This document shows, piece by piece, positions 39,038 to 49,156 of a stretch of DNA of 64,000 nt; the first letter of the stretch is position 1, and every line of letters begins with the position of its first letter. Made by a program: the position numbers and the translations under genes. The notes under the pieces are model-generated. The model ran no database searches. It had not been told where the DNA came from and saw nothing but the letters and a program-made list of their open reading frames with translations. The DNA is from Candidatus Bruticola sp. GTDB taxonomy: Bacteria > Vulcanimicrobiota > Xenobia > Xenobiales > Xenobiaceae. The DNA lies in contig JBJEGD010000002.1 of NCBI GenBank assembly GCA_051874735.1, positions 32,001 to 96,000 on the forward strand, read 5' to 3'.

Positions 39038-39712
39038 TTGCCTATGGAAAATACTCTGAGCTTGCATATGGAATTAACTCTCGCTGGGCGACTAGTTGCA
39101 GCAGCCTTAATGGGAGGTATTATAGGCATCGAACGCGAGATAATGAACCGTACCGCTGGTTTGAGAACTCACGTTATGGTTTCAGTCGGTGCGGCCCTTT
39201 TTACTGTTCTGTCTGTATATTTTTTCTCTTATGATAATGGCCCCCGCGATCCGGCCCGCATAGCCGCTCAGATCGTCAGTGGCATAGGCTTTTTGGGCGC
39301 CGGGGCTATTATGAAGCACGGAGTAACCGTGCATGGATTGACTACAGCAGCTACTTTATGGGTCGTGGCTGCCATAGGTATGGGATGTGGGGCCGGTGCT
39401 TATATAATGTCAGCATCAGCCTGTGTCATTTCCTTAGTAACTTTGGTTACACTGCGCAGATTAGAACCTGTTTTTACTGGTGCTAATGTTGTATATATAA
39501 ATGTAGCTCTACCTAGCGATCCAGGCATTTTGGAAAAGATGCGTTTACAGCTCAACAGCGGCGGCATTAAAGTAAGGAAAATGGCCATTTCACAAGAAGA
39601 ACAGGAACTGCTAGTAGAAATGTCTCTAGCGGTAGAAAATTCAGTAACTAAAGCTGATGTTATCACCAGACTTACAGAACTGGGTGCAACTAAAATAAAT
39701 TTGGAAACTTAG
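39038..39712 (+). CDS. mgtC: MgtC/SapB family membrane protein
   Basis: IGIERE..AGLRTH, RIAAQIVSGIGFLGAG, GLTTAATLW. Confidence 0.92.
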   Translation: MPMENTLSLHMELTLAGRLVAAALMGGIIGIEREIMNRTAGLRTHVMVSVGAALFTVLSVYFFSYDNGPRDPARIAAQIVSGIGFLGAGAIMKHGVTVHGLTTAATLWVVAAIGMGCGAGAYIMSASACVISLVTLVTLRRLEPVFTGANVVYINVALPSDPGILEKMRLQLNSGGIKVRKMAISQEEQELLVEMSLAVENSVTKADVITRLTELGATKINLET

Positions 39713-39883
39713 TTTACAAAAGTTATCATGCATAGGTTTTCGCTCTCCCCTTCTGCTTAATAGGATTTTGACTACAAGCCACAAAAGAAGGGGTGAAGTC
39801 TTTACTCTCACAAGCCAGGATCATCTAAATTTGCATCTTGATATAGAGAGCGGCATCTTTTGCCCAACGACCTGGAGGTTCTC

Positions 39884-40924
39884 TTGAAAACGCACCGCAA
39901 TTGGTTGACAGCCACCGTACTCCTAACGGCTCTTCTGATGTTAGTGAATATTTCAGTAAGCGAAGCCAACGAAGAAACAGATCGCATCAGCGCTATTTCG
40001 AGAGCCTCAAAATCGGTAGTTTCTGTGCGTACTTACCGTCAGAACCGCACTAAACCAGGAATTGGCTCCGGAGTCATTATTAATTCCAACGGCTACATTT
40101 TGACTAATGCCCACGTTGTCAAAGGCGGCAAAAAAATTAGAGTGCAGCTAAAGAATAAAAAAACCTACGAAGCCAATATTCATAAAATGGCCGGAGATAA
40201 AGATTTAGCTATTATCAAAATAGATGGTCAAGATTTCCCAGCGGCCAGAATTGGTGATTCCGACAACCTAAAAGTAGGACAAACAGTTATTGCTATAGGC
40301 GATCCGCTCGGTTTTACCGGTACAGTAACCCAAGGAATGATTAGCGGATTAGGGCGCAATATTGAAACTAAGGGTATAAAATATACCAATTTAATTCAAA
40401 CTGACGCCGCCATCAACCCCGGTTCTTCCGGAGGAGCCCTTTTAAATTCACGCGGCGAATTGATTGGTATAAACGCTTTAGTTTATACCGGTCCATCCAA
40501 TGGTTACGACAAAGCTCAAGGACTGGGCTTTGCCATTCCTATTAAAAATGCTTTTAGTGTGGCTCAACAATTAATGGATAGTCCTGCTGATACCAATTAC
40601 ATCGCTGAGAGTGACAACATGCCTTCAGGAACACGTCCTTGGTTAGGCCTTAGCGGTGCAACTTTGACCACAGAAAAGGCTCAAGATTTTAATATAAAGA
40701 TTAGCAGCGGCGTATTTGTTACCCAAGTAGTTGATGGTTCTCCAGCAGGCAGGGCTAATATAAAACCTGGTGATACGGTCAGCGCTGTAAATAAGGTCAC
40801 CGTAAGCTCTGTAGGAGCTATGGTTCGCGAGCTTAATAAGTATAGTGCTGGTGACCGCATTAAACTTACTGTATGGCGCAACAACAAAAAGTTTATAGTC
40901 TCGATAACTCTTGACGCCCAATAA
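39884..40924 (+). CDS. htrA: HtrA/DegS-like serine protease with one PDZ domain
   Basis: TNAHVV, DLAIIK, QTDAAINPGSSGG, PDZ PWLG; GGAGG before TTG 39884. Confidence 0.93.
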   Translation: MKTHRNWLTATVLLTALLMLVNISVSEANEETDRISAISRASKSVVSVRTYRQNRTKPGIGSGVIINSNGYILTNAHVVKGGKKIRVQLKNKKTYEANIHKMAGDKDLAIIKIDGQDFPAARIGDSDNLKVGQTVIAIGDPLGFTGTVTQGMISGLGRNIETKGIKYTNLIQTDAAINPGSSGGALLNSRGELIGINALVYTGPSNGYDKAQGLGFAIPIKNAFSVAQQLMDSPADTNYIAESDNMPSGTRPWLGLSGATLTTEKAQDFNIKISSGVFVTQVVDGSPAGRANIKPGDTVSAVNKVTVSSVGAMVRELNKYSAGDRIKLTVWRNNKKFIVSITLDAQ

Positions 40925-40942
40925 ATAGTTCTGAATACTTTT

Positions 40943-41000
40943 ATATTTAAGCCCGCTGTTAATTTACCTGAACAGGTAATTATCCAGCGGGCTTAAATAT
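40943..41000. terminator. Bidirectional terminator
   Basis: atatttaagcccgctg...cagcgggcttaaatat long hairpin between convergent genes. Confidence 0.8.
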
Positions 41001-41019
41001 TGCAGGGCAGTATTTTAGA

Positions 41020-42021
41020 CTACTCTGCAAAATAGCGTCGACCGCCCAAAAAGTGATATTTTGAAACGTTGCTAACCTTATTTAAATTACTAAGGCTGAC
41101 ACCTTTCTTGCCGGAAGCATCAAGAAAACTGCCGTCTCCGACATAAAACCCTACATGACTTACATGCTCTTCATCGGCGCCAAAGAAAACTAAATCACCA
41201 GGTTCAAGCTCATCCTTGCTAAGTGGCATACCTACCAAAAACTGCTGATCTGCATCACGCGGTACTATCAAACCGTGCAAGCGGCAGCATACATAGACTA
41301 AACCGGAGCAATCGATACCGTGACAGCTTAATCCGCCCCAAAGGTAAGCAGTTCCCTTGAATCGGAAGGCGGTAAGCAATACCTCCTCAGCCTTAGTGGG
41401 CAGCACCTGTCGGCTGCCGTTTTCATAGGGTATATAGCCACTTTGATTAGAACCAGGCCAACTAACTACCCAAAATTTTTGTCCTCCAGCCCCAGTCTGA
41501 CAAACTTGACTGCCTAAAGACAGCAAAGTAGTCGCGAAAACTCGCCCCAATCTGGCAGCAGATTGATCAGGCTTCACATAAACGAACGATTGAGGACTAA
41601 TAATCATGACGCTGTCAGCTGAGCGACTATCTATGGACCACTCCCTCAAACAAGGCTGGGCACAGTAGCCTAAATTCAAACTTTGACCAGCGAAACCGAC
41701 TTGCTCCGTTAAAAAACTTCCGTTAATCCAACCAGGATACCCCTCAGGCTCACGATACTGATTAGGTACTACCACCTGCTTCCAGTCCCCAGATTCAGAA
41801 ACAGATTTTACATAGACAGGTTCACCTAAAAGAACTTGAGTCAATCTCTCAGAGTCATCATAAATATCAGCAAACACACTGACAACTGGCACCGATACAA
41901 CATATAAGGATTCAGCTTCATTATCAGCCATGGTCTTCTCCTGGCAGCATAGAATAAGCAAAAAGCACCAAACAAGCTGCTTAATGCGGCTTTTGAATAT
42001 TTCCTTATAGATTAATCTCAA
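41020..42021 (-). CDS. SH3-like plus NlpC/P60 cell-wall peptidase (YkfC-like)
   Basis: TQVLLGEPV; YLWGG...IDCSGL, PRDADQQ, HVG. Confidence 0.92.
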   Translation of the reverse strand: MRLIYKEIFKSRIKQLVWCFLLILCCQEKTMADNEAESLYVVSVPVVSVFADIYDDSERLTQVLLGEPVYVKSVSESGDWKQVVVPNQYREPEGYPGWINGSFLTEQVGFAGQSLNLGYCAQPCLREWSIDSRSADSVMIISPQSFVYVKPDQSAARLGRVFATTLLSLGSQVCQTGAGGQKFWVVSWPGSNQSGYIPYENGSRQVLPTKAEEVLLTAFRFKGTAYLWGGLSCHGIDCSGLVYVCCRLHGLIVPRDADQQFLVGMPLSKDELEPGDLVFFGADEEHVSHVGFYVGDGSFLDASGKKGVSLSNLNKVSNVSKYHFLGGRRYFAE

Positions 42022-43224
42022 CTACAGACCCACTTTTTGACGAGCCGGAATTTTAAGTTTATCTCCAGGCACGATATGATCGTAATAAGGAGCAGGCAAT
42101 TTATTGAATTTTCCGAGAGCTTTGCATACCTTAGGATCGGTTGTCGAATAATATTTTTCAGCAATGCTAGAAATAGTCTCTCCGGATTGCACGTTATGAA
42201 TAATAACTTTCGAACCACTGGGAGCCGCTTTAACTGAACTTTCTTCTTTTTGGGCAAGTTTACTCTCTGTAGTTTTGACCGTATTCGCTTTCTCTTCCGA
42301 CACAGCTATAGGTTCAGCCGCTGGCGTACTCAAAAGCCCCAATTCCTTGTCAAGAACGCCTACTGCCTCCAACTGCCCTTCAATTACCTTAACTCTCTTT
42401 TCTACTGAGTCAATCTGTTGAGATATTTGAATTTGATTAGCCAAAACCTCATGTTGATCGACTTTAGCTACCGGCGCCGGACGCAACAACTGAACCATCA
42501 GACAAAGGCCGATTAAAACGAGAATAATATAATCGATAGGGCGTACAACGGGATTGCGCAGCATACGCTGAAACTTATCTATACTGCGTTCTAAATAACG
42601 CTCGTCAAGATAATCTTCTTGACGAGTGGGTTCACGTGATACAATAGTGGAATTAACCGCCGTTTTCCCGTAAATTCTGAAACCGCCACTATTCTGCAAT
42701 TCACCATCACGCCATAAATAGAAACTGCGTTCTCCAATAACAGGATCAACTATATAAATTACTTGAGACTGCTTGGGAAAAAATTTTTGGTGAATTTCTT
42801 TCTCTAAATCAGTTAAGCTGCTGCCAGTTCCAGGATGAGAATGGAACCAACCAACTACACTCATGCCGGGATGCTTTTTAGAAGCTTGCGCAAAGGCTCT
42901 TTTCCAGACAACTTCAGTAAAGTTATCACTTTGAGGTTTAACCTCAACAGCCTCATCTATTTTTATCCAAGAATTATCCTTAACATGACTGCCCAAAAGC
43001 AAACCTGCTTGAGCCTGGGCCGTATTATTCAAAGCTAATTTATTTAAAGTAGTAAATAGCTGATAACGCAAATAAATACGGGAATTACCAACTTTTTCTG
43101 TGCCGACTTGGAAATAATCTCCAGGTGCAGCCGCTGCATTAACCAAACCTATCCCCTCTTTAGATAATAAAAGATCTTCTCCCAACGTTTCCTCCAAATA
43201 AAAGGCCCTTCTCTTAGATACCAC
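42022..43224 (-). CDS. JAB/MPN domain - TM - coiled coil - LysM protein
   Basis: GLLLG, VVGWFHSHPG, YIVDP; TM YIILVLIGLCLMV; HNVQSGETISSIAEKYY..N..IVPGDKLKIP. Confidence 0.85.
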   Translation of the reverse strand: MVSKRRAFYLEETLGEDLLLSKEGIGLVNAAAAPGDYFQVGTEKVGNSRIYLRYQLFTTLNKLALNNTAQAQAGLLLGSHVKDNSWIKIDEAVEVKPQSDNFTEVVWKRAFAQASKKHPGMSVVGWFHSHPGTGSSLTDLEKEIHQKFFPKQSQVIYIVDPVIGERSFYLWRDGELQNSGGFRIYGKTAVNSTIVSREPTRQEDYLDERYLERSIDKFQRMLRNPVVRPIDYIILVLIGLCLMVQLLRPAPVAKVDQHEVLANQIQISQQIDSVEKRVKVIEGQLEAVGVLDKELGLLSTPAAEPIAVSEEKANTVKTTESKLAQKEESSVKAAPSGSKVIIHNVQSGETISSIAEKYYSTTDPKVCKALGKFNKLPAPYYDHIVPGDKLKIPARQKVGL

Positions 43225-43305
43225 GTAGAGAAAGGCCTGAGCCTTAAGCTGTATTTATATACTACCTTCAGAGAATAATCTGCAGTCGCTCCCCCTTCCT
43301 TATCT

Positions 43306-44487
43306 CTAGATCATTGCCTCTTCGGTATCTTTATTGAAAAGATGTATCTTGCGGGTATCAATAGCTAAGTTAGCAGTATCTCCAACCTTAGCATCGGTAT
43401 GAGAATCAACTCGAGCCACCAATTCTTCCTCACCTAAACGAATATGCAGAGAGACTTCAGACCCCATAGGCTCATACACTTCAACCTTGGCGGAGATGGG
43501 CACTAAGAACTCGCTTTCTCGGGCGAACTTAGGATCGTGAATATCCTCCGGCCTAATACCGAAAGTACACTCAGCTCCAGCGAACTCCTTTATACGCCCA
43601 GCCAAACGCTCTGGTATTTCTAAACTGAAACCTTTGCCCTTAATAACAACATTTTCGCCGACCGCTTCCAACTTCACTTCTAAGAAATTCATAGAAGGAG
43701 TACCAATAAAACCAGCCACATATTTATTAGCAGGATGTTCGTACATTTCCAAGGGGGCGGCGGCCTGTTGAATTATCCCTTTGTGCATGAGAACAATACG
43801 ATCGCCTAAAGTCATGGCTTCAGTCTGATCGTGAGTTACATAAATAGTTGTAACTCCCAAAGTATGGTGTAATTTCTGCAGTTCAGCTCTCATCTGAACG
43901 CGAAGCTTGGCATCTAAGTTGGAGAGAGGTTCATCCATAAGGAATACTTGAGGACGGCGTACAATAGCGCGTCCCATAGCCACACGTTGACGCTGCCCAC
44001 CAGAAAGCTCTTTAGGCTTACGCAGCAGCAAATGCTTAATATCTAAAAGCTCGGCAGCATTATTTACTAATTTTTTTATTTCCTCTTCCGCATATTTGCG
44101 CTGACGAAGACCAAAAGCCATATTGTCGTAAACACTAAAATGAGGATACAAAGCATAGCTCTGGAAGACCATGGCAATATCTCGATCTTTAGGGGATACA
44201 TCATTGACCTTGCGATCACCGATATAAATAGATCCGCTAGTAATCTCTTCTAGACCTGCTACCATACGCAAAGTAGTAGACTTACCACAACCGGAGGGAC
44301 CTACTAAAACTAAAAACTCGCCGTCTTTAATATCTAGAGAGATATTTTTAACTACATGAACCTGACTGGGAAGGCGGCTAGGCTTCCAAAACTGATACCA
44401 AGCCTGATGCTCCGGGTTTGGACTCCAACCATCATAGATCTTATTTACTTCGACAAGACGAACACTACCCACAACTAAATACCCCAA
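43306..44487 (-). CDS. Sugar ABC transporter ATPase (MalK/MsmX/UgpC type), orphan
   Basis: GPSGCGKST, VFQSYALYPH, LSGGQRQR, DEPLSNLDAKLR. Start may be GTG 44472. Confidence 0.95.
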   Translation of the reverse strand: MGYLVVGSVRLVEVNKIYDGWSPNPEHQAWYQFWKPSRLPSQVHVVKNISLDIKDGEFLVLVGPSGCGKSTTLRMVAGLEEITSGSIYIGDRKVNDVSPKDRDIAMVFQSYALYPHFSVYDNMAFGLRQRKYAEEEIKKLVNNAAELLDIKHLLLRKPKELSGGQRQRVAMGRAIVRRPQVFLMDEPLSNLDAKLRVQMRAELQKLHHTLGVTTIYVTHDQTEAMTLGDRIVLMHKGIIQQAAAPLEMYEHPANKYVAGFIGTPSMNFLEVKLEAVGENVVIKGKGFSLEIPERLAGRIKEFAGAECTFGIRPEDIHDPKFARESEFLVPISAKVEVYEPMGSEVSLHIRLGEEELVARVDSHTDAKVGDTANLAIDTRKIHLFNKDTEEAMI

Positions 44488-44640
44488 ATTATCGCTGATT
44501 GTGCACCCTTAAGCACTGCTAGCCATGCTGAAAATGCGGTGTTACTACTTCGGGTGTTCTTCTATTTTTCTTATTCAGCTCCTACTCAGAAACATTAATA
44601 TCACAAATTGACAGTACTATCATAATATAGAAACAACTGT

Positions 44641-45252
44641 TCAATCGTTTTTGCCATCTTGTATCCGCTGCAGCGATTCAAGAATGCGGTGACACTCCTG
44701 CTCTAAATTAGAATATATGCGTTTAGCATAATCATCAGCGTCATCGCAGACGTCTTTACTGTAAGCGTTGGCCTCATGCCGCACTTTGTCAGCAGTAGTA
44801 GTGGCTGATTCACGAACCTTAGCCGCCTCAGCTTCAGCCTCATGTACAAGACGATTGGCTTTTTCTTCGGCCTCATGTATGAGACGATTGGCTTTTTCTT
44901 TAGTCTCTTTAAGAATGCGTTCCGATTCATCTTGAGCTTGAATGACTACTTGGCTCTCTTGCACCATCTCATAAGCTTCAGCTTTAGCAGTCCGCATCGT
45001 TTCTCTAGCTCTGTCTTCGGCTTCTCTAATTGTCTTCTGAGCTTCTTTGACAGCCTCTTCTTTTATCTGGTCAGCTCTGCCAACAATATCCTTAGCCTGC
45101 ATAATTTCTTCAGGTAAATTTGATCTGGCTTCAGTTATAAGTTTTAGAAAAGCCTCTTTATTGATTACAGAGCAGTTGGCCCATACTAAAGGAAGAGGCT
45201 TGCTGTCCTCAACAATTTTTTCTAAGCGAGTTAAAATTTTATATATATCCAT
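44641..45252 (-). CDS. Coiled-coil DivIVA/ATP-synthase-b-like protein typically found after coaD
   Basis: LEKIVEDSK..LPEEIMQAK..ADDYA; conserved context. Confidence 0.8.
   Translation of the reverse strand: MDIYKILTRLEKIVEDSKPLPLVWANCSVINKEAFLKLITEARSNLPEEIMQAKDIVGRADQIKEEAVKEAQKTIREAEDRARETMRTAKAEAYEMVQESQVVIQAQDESERILKETKEKANRLIHEAEEKANRLVHEAEAEAAKVRESATTTADKVRHEANAYSKDVCDDADDYAKRIYSNLEQECHRILESLQRIQDGKND
44837..44901 (-). repeat. 33-bp tandem duplication (KANRLIHEAEE / KANRLVHEAEA)
   Basis: gcctcatgta..agacgattggctttttctt occurs twice. Confidence 0.85.
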
Positions 45253-45303
45253 ATATATTTAACCCTCCGTAACTACTCTATATAGCAATTAACTATCAAA
45301 AAA

Positions 45304-45804
45304 CTAATGTAGCTGATTAAATTTCGCAGCTAAATATCTACTAACTGCAGCAGGAACCATACGGGAGATATCTCCTCCTAAAGAGGCTATCTCGCGCACG
45401 CAGCTAGAACTTACAAAAATGTGCTCAGGAGAGCTAATAAAAAAGATCGTGTCAATTTCAGGGGCTAGCTGCCTATTAATTAAAGCCATCTTGAATTCAG
45501 CGGCGAAATCGGAACCATCCCGTAAGCCGCGAACAATGAAAGATGCTTGGCTATGACGCACAAAATCGATCAGTAAACCGGAAAAAGTATCTACTTTAAC
45601 ATTATCCCAAGCTGCGACACTCAAACTAATCATCTCTTTTCTCTGTTCTAAACTAAAGAGAGGATTTTTGTTAGGATTGCAGACCACCGCTACGATCAGT
45701 TCATCTACCGAACGGGCAGCTCTGCCTATAATATCAAGATGACCGTTAGTGAGAGGATCAAAACTGCCAGCATAAACAGCCCGCCGCACTTTTAAATTAT
45801 TCAT
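45304..45804 (-). CDS. coaD: Phosphopantetheine adenylyltransferase
   Basis: YAGSFDPLTNGH, RGLR, VSSS. Confidence 0.96.
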   Translation of the reverse strand: MNNLKVRRAVYAGSFDPLTNGHLDIIGRAARSVDELIVAVVCNPNKNPLFSLEQRKEMISLSVAAWDNVKVDTFSGLLIDFVRHSQASFIVRGLRDGSDFAAEFKMALINRQLAPEIDTIFFISSPEHIFVSSSCVREIASLGGDISRMVPAAVSRYLAAKFNQLH

Positions 45805-45813
45805 ATTGTAGAA

Positions 45814-47265
45814 CTAAAGATTAACTTCTCCACTAAGTAAAGTTCCAGCAGGTATAAATGTTTCTACTGAAGCTGTAACTTTTACTTCTCCCTGACAAGC
45901 TACACCTTGTCCGAAAACAACTGGCCCATCGATTTCAAGCGAAGAACACTGTTTCAAACTGGGCATACCTGCAGGGAACATGTGCGCCAAATCTTCCAAA
46001 GTCACGATTTCACTTGGCAGAGATATAAGGGGAGGCTTAAAGTTATCTTGAACACAGTGTATAGAATAATTTTCATCTACATAAAATAAATCTGAACGCA
46101 CAATCATTAAATCGCCGAGTCCTTTAACAGGCACAAAACGACTGCGCGGCACCTCAACGGCCTGAGCATTGAGCCACGAAGAAATAATCGAACCGCACGC
46201 TGTTTCAATTTGATAAACTTTGCAAGCTTTTCCAAAACTGTCGCAAAGCATTTTAGTGTTGCAGATAACTGGTAAATCGAGCAAACCACCGTGCGAAACA
46301 ATAAGTTTATACAAAGCTTCAGCATCAAACCACAAGTTGTTCGTATTGAAATAGCAATATTTATTAATATCGGCGAAATACTCACGTTCCTCGGGACTGC
46401 ACATAGAAGATTCGCGAAGCACAAATGCTCCGTAAACGTCGCGGGCTAAATGACCACCTTTGCGATCAGCGGCACAGCGCCGTGAAACTTCCATAACCAT
46501 CGGACATCCTTGAGCGGCCATCCACTCAGGAATGCGCATATCTAAGCTAGCCCCCAGGTTATCTATATTAGAGACAAAAATATACTTAATGCCACGAGAC
46601 AAAAGCTCAACTAAAAGACCACTGACAAATAAGGAAAGATAAAGATCTCCGTGACCAGGTGGACACCATTCGTCCTTAGGATTAGACGCAGAAACATATG
46701 GAAGCAAATCAGCCGCCGCTACTCTAGGAACCTTAGACTGGATAATTTCTACAGCAACAGGCTGTTCCAATAATCCCAGATAACTCGTTACACTCTTCAT
46801 GGTTTGAGCACTGGTATTGAAACTGTTCATTAAAATTAAGGGCAAAGACCACTGTCCCAAAGACTTGCGTAAATTTAGGATCTGACGAACTGTCAGATCG
46901 AGAAATGAATACTGGCCGTGCGCTTTTATCAGCGACTTAGGGCCTCCTTCCATTCCCATAGTAGTTGCCAAACCGCCGTTGAGCTTAATAATAGCGCATT
47001 TTTTCAACAGCTCGCTGCGCTTTGACTCGGTGAGAACGGGAAAATCTACAAGAGAAGGCAGATTGCCAACAGGAGCAATATCTTTCTCTTTAATAAAACA
47101 TCCATTGCCGCTGAAAGCTTTCATGCAGTTGCGCCTAAAGGCCTCCGTCTGGAGATCTGAGACTCCGGCACCTCTCATCTTAAGAGCAAAAGGCATAAAA
47201 TTCAGGGTCACGGCAGAATTCTCACTTTCTACAAAATAATTTTCACAAACGCAACTAGCCAGCAC
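45814..47265 (-). CDS. Eukaryote-type (UDPGP family) UTP--glucose-1-phosphate uridylyltransferase
   Basis: KLNGGL.T.MG, LMNSFNT, WCPPGHGD, SNIDNLGA, FNTNNLW, RFVPVK. Start uncertain. Confidence 0.9.
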   Translation of the reverse strand: MLASCVCENYFVESENSAVTLNFMPFALKMRGAGVSDLQTEAFRRNCMKAFSGNGCFIKEKDIAPVGNLPSLVDFPVLTESKRSELLKKCAIIKLNGGLATTMGMEGGPKSLIKAHGQYSFLDLTVRQILNLRKSLGQWSLPLILMNSFNTSAQTMKSVTSYLGLLEQPVAVEIIQSKVPRVAAADLLPYVSASNPKDEWCPPGHGDLYLSLFVSGLLVELLSRGIKYIFVSNIDNLGASLDMRIPEWMAAQGCPMVMEVSRRCAADRKGGHLARDVYGAFVLRESSMCSPEEREYFADINKYCYFNTNNLWFDAEALYKLIVSHGGLLDLPVICNTKMLCDSFGKACKVYQIETACGSIISSWLNAQAVEVPRSRFVPVKGLGDLMIVRSDLFYVDENYSIHCVQDNFKPPLISLPSEIVTLEDLAHMFPAGMPSLKQCSSLEIDGPVVFGQGVACQGEVKVTASVETFIPAGTLLSGEVNL

Positions 47266-49072
47266 TATGCGCTATTTTAAGATAGGTAGAATCAAATGAA
47301 TCCATTAAGGCTATCTGTTCTCGATAACGTTCCAAAATAATTTTGCGACGCAGCTTCAAAGTAGGCGTCAGTTCACCGCTCTGAATAGTAAAAGGCTTAG
47401 TTAGCAAAGCTATTCGCTGCACGCGTTCATGTTTAGCTACATCGCTGAGCAAATCATCGATCGCAGATTTTACGAAACTAATTATCTCAGGATAACCTAC
47501 CAAATCTTCTCTGGACTCAAAATTGAGACCAATTTTTTTAGCATACTCTTCGAGTTTAGAAAAGTTTGGCACTAACAATGCTCCCACCCAAGAACGCCCT
47601 TCACCAATAACGGCAGCTTGTTCAATAAGCGGAGAAAGAGCCAAACGCGATTCCAAATACTGCGGAGCTACATATTTGCCCGTGGAAGTTCGGATCATAT
47701 CTTTAATACGATCTGTAATACACAAATATCCATTAGGAGCGAAATTGCCGACATCTCCAGTGCGGAAGAAACCGTCTTCAGTGAAAGAATTTTTCGTTTC
47801 TTCTGGTTTTTTATAGTAACCAACCATGACGCTGTCGCCGCGCACCTGAATTTCGTTATCCTGCCCTAAACGTATTTCAATACCTTCCATAGGCAAACCG
47901 ACCATACCAGGAATACTTCTTCCTAAGGGAGTGGAAGATATAGTGGCCGTAGTCTCAGTCATACCATAACCATTATTAATAAAAATACCGCAAGCCCGGA
48001 AAAACTCATGGACAGAAGCCGTAAGAGAAGCGCTGCCTACAACTAAATGTTTAATGTGATCGCCGAAAACATGACGAACCTTAGAAAAGACTAGCTTATC
48101 AGCGATTTTATTGCGCATGCGCAGCCATAATCCAGGGGTGCGTCCCTCTATAAGTTCTTTTTGATACTGACAGCCGATACGCACACATTTATTTACAATA
48201 CTCTGCATGGCCTTAGAACGTTGAGAAAATTTTTCATAAACAGCCGTATAAATTTTCTCCAAAATACGCGGCACCACACAGATAACTGAAGGCGCAGCAT
48301 AAGGCAACAGACGTATAATTTCAGGAGAAGGTTTGCAATAATAATAGGTCATGCCCCAAGAGTACTGAACAGCTGACCAACCGCGTTCAAAAATATGGCT
48401 CAAAGGCAGCATACAGAAAGAGCGGTCTTGATCGGTCAAATCGGGCAGACGATCGCGATGGCGCATAATTTGATACACGATATTGCCATGAGTGAGCATA
48501 GCCCCGCGCACAGCCCCAGTCGTACCCGAAGTATACACAATGGTCCAAAGATCGGAGGCTTTTGTTTCCTTAACTTTACTAGACCAATCGGACCGCGTTT
48601 CCACATTGATAAAGTCGGCATATTTCTGGCAGCGAGGATGCTCTCCCTCAATAATTACTACATGTCCGGTATCAGAAACACATTCAAAGAGTAAGTCCGC
48701 CAGCTCCGCATTGCCTACAAAAGTAATTTTTGGAACTGTTTCAGTAAATATTTGCTGGACGGCCTCAGATGAACAAGTCGCATGTATAGCCACCGTAACA
48801 GCTTTAGCACTCATACAGCCATAATCTATCTCTGTCCATTGAGGACAGTTAGGAGCATAAATAGCGACCAGATCGCCATCAGCTAAACCAAAATTTAGAA
48901 CTGCAGAAGCGACTTTGCTAATATTATCTAGGAACTGACTCCAAGAAATTTTTTCCCAGTGATCACCTAGATACACCTCATAGGCAGTACGTTTTTGGTA
49001 TTTTTCGGCGTTAGCGATAATGCCGCTCATAAATGGAGCGTAACTCAATTTATCTTCTCCTAAACCACGCAA
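47255..49072 (-). CDS. Long-chain fatty acid--CoA ligase (AMP-binding)
   Basis: YTSGTTG, GYGMTET, FRTGD, LTPTLKLRR. Confidence 0.93.
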   Translation of the reverse strand: MRGLGEDKLSYAPFMSGIIANAEKYQKRTAYEVYLGDHWEKISWSQFLDNISKVASAVLNFGLADGDLVAIYAPNCPQWTEIDYGCMSAKAVTVAIHATCSSEAVQQIFTETVPKITFVGNAELADLLFECVSDTGHVVIIEGEHPRCQKYADFINVETRSDWSSKVKETKASDLWTIVYTSGTTGAVRGAMLTHGNIVYQIMRHRDRLPDLTDQDRSFCMLPLSHIFERGWSAVQYSWGMTYYYCKPSPEIIRLLPYAAPSVICVVPRILEKIYTAVYEKFSQRSKAMQSIVNKCVRIGCQYQKELIEGRTPGLWLRMRNKIADKLVFSKVRHVFGDHIKHLVVGSASLTASVHEFFRACGIFINNGYGMTETTATISSTPLGRSIPGMVGLPMEGIEIRLGQDNEIQVRGDSVMVGYYKKPEETKNSFTEDGFFRTGDVGNFAPNGYLCITDRIKDMIRTSTGKYVAPQYLESRLALSPLIEQAAVIGEGRSWVGALLVPNFSKLEEYAKKIGLNFESREDLVGYPEIISFVKSAIDDLLSDVAKHERVQRIALLTKPFTIQSGELTPTLKLRRKIILERYREQIALMDSFDSTYLKIAHSAG

Positions 49073-49156
49073 GCTGTCAAAGGAACAAAGTTTAACCCGC
49101 CCAGAGCGACCCCTGCGACAACTTTTACCTTTTGAAACAAGAGCTCAAAACAATCT

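Noticed and set aside
40400-40440. HtrA GSSGG instead of GNSGG
   Set aside because: His, Asp and Ser triad is retained; tolerated variant.
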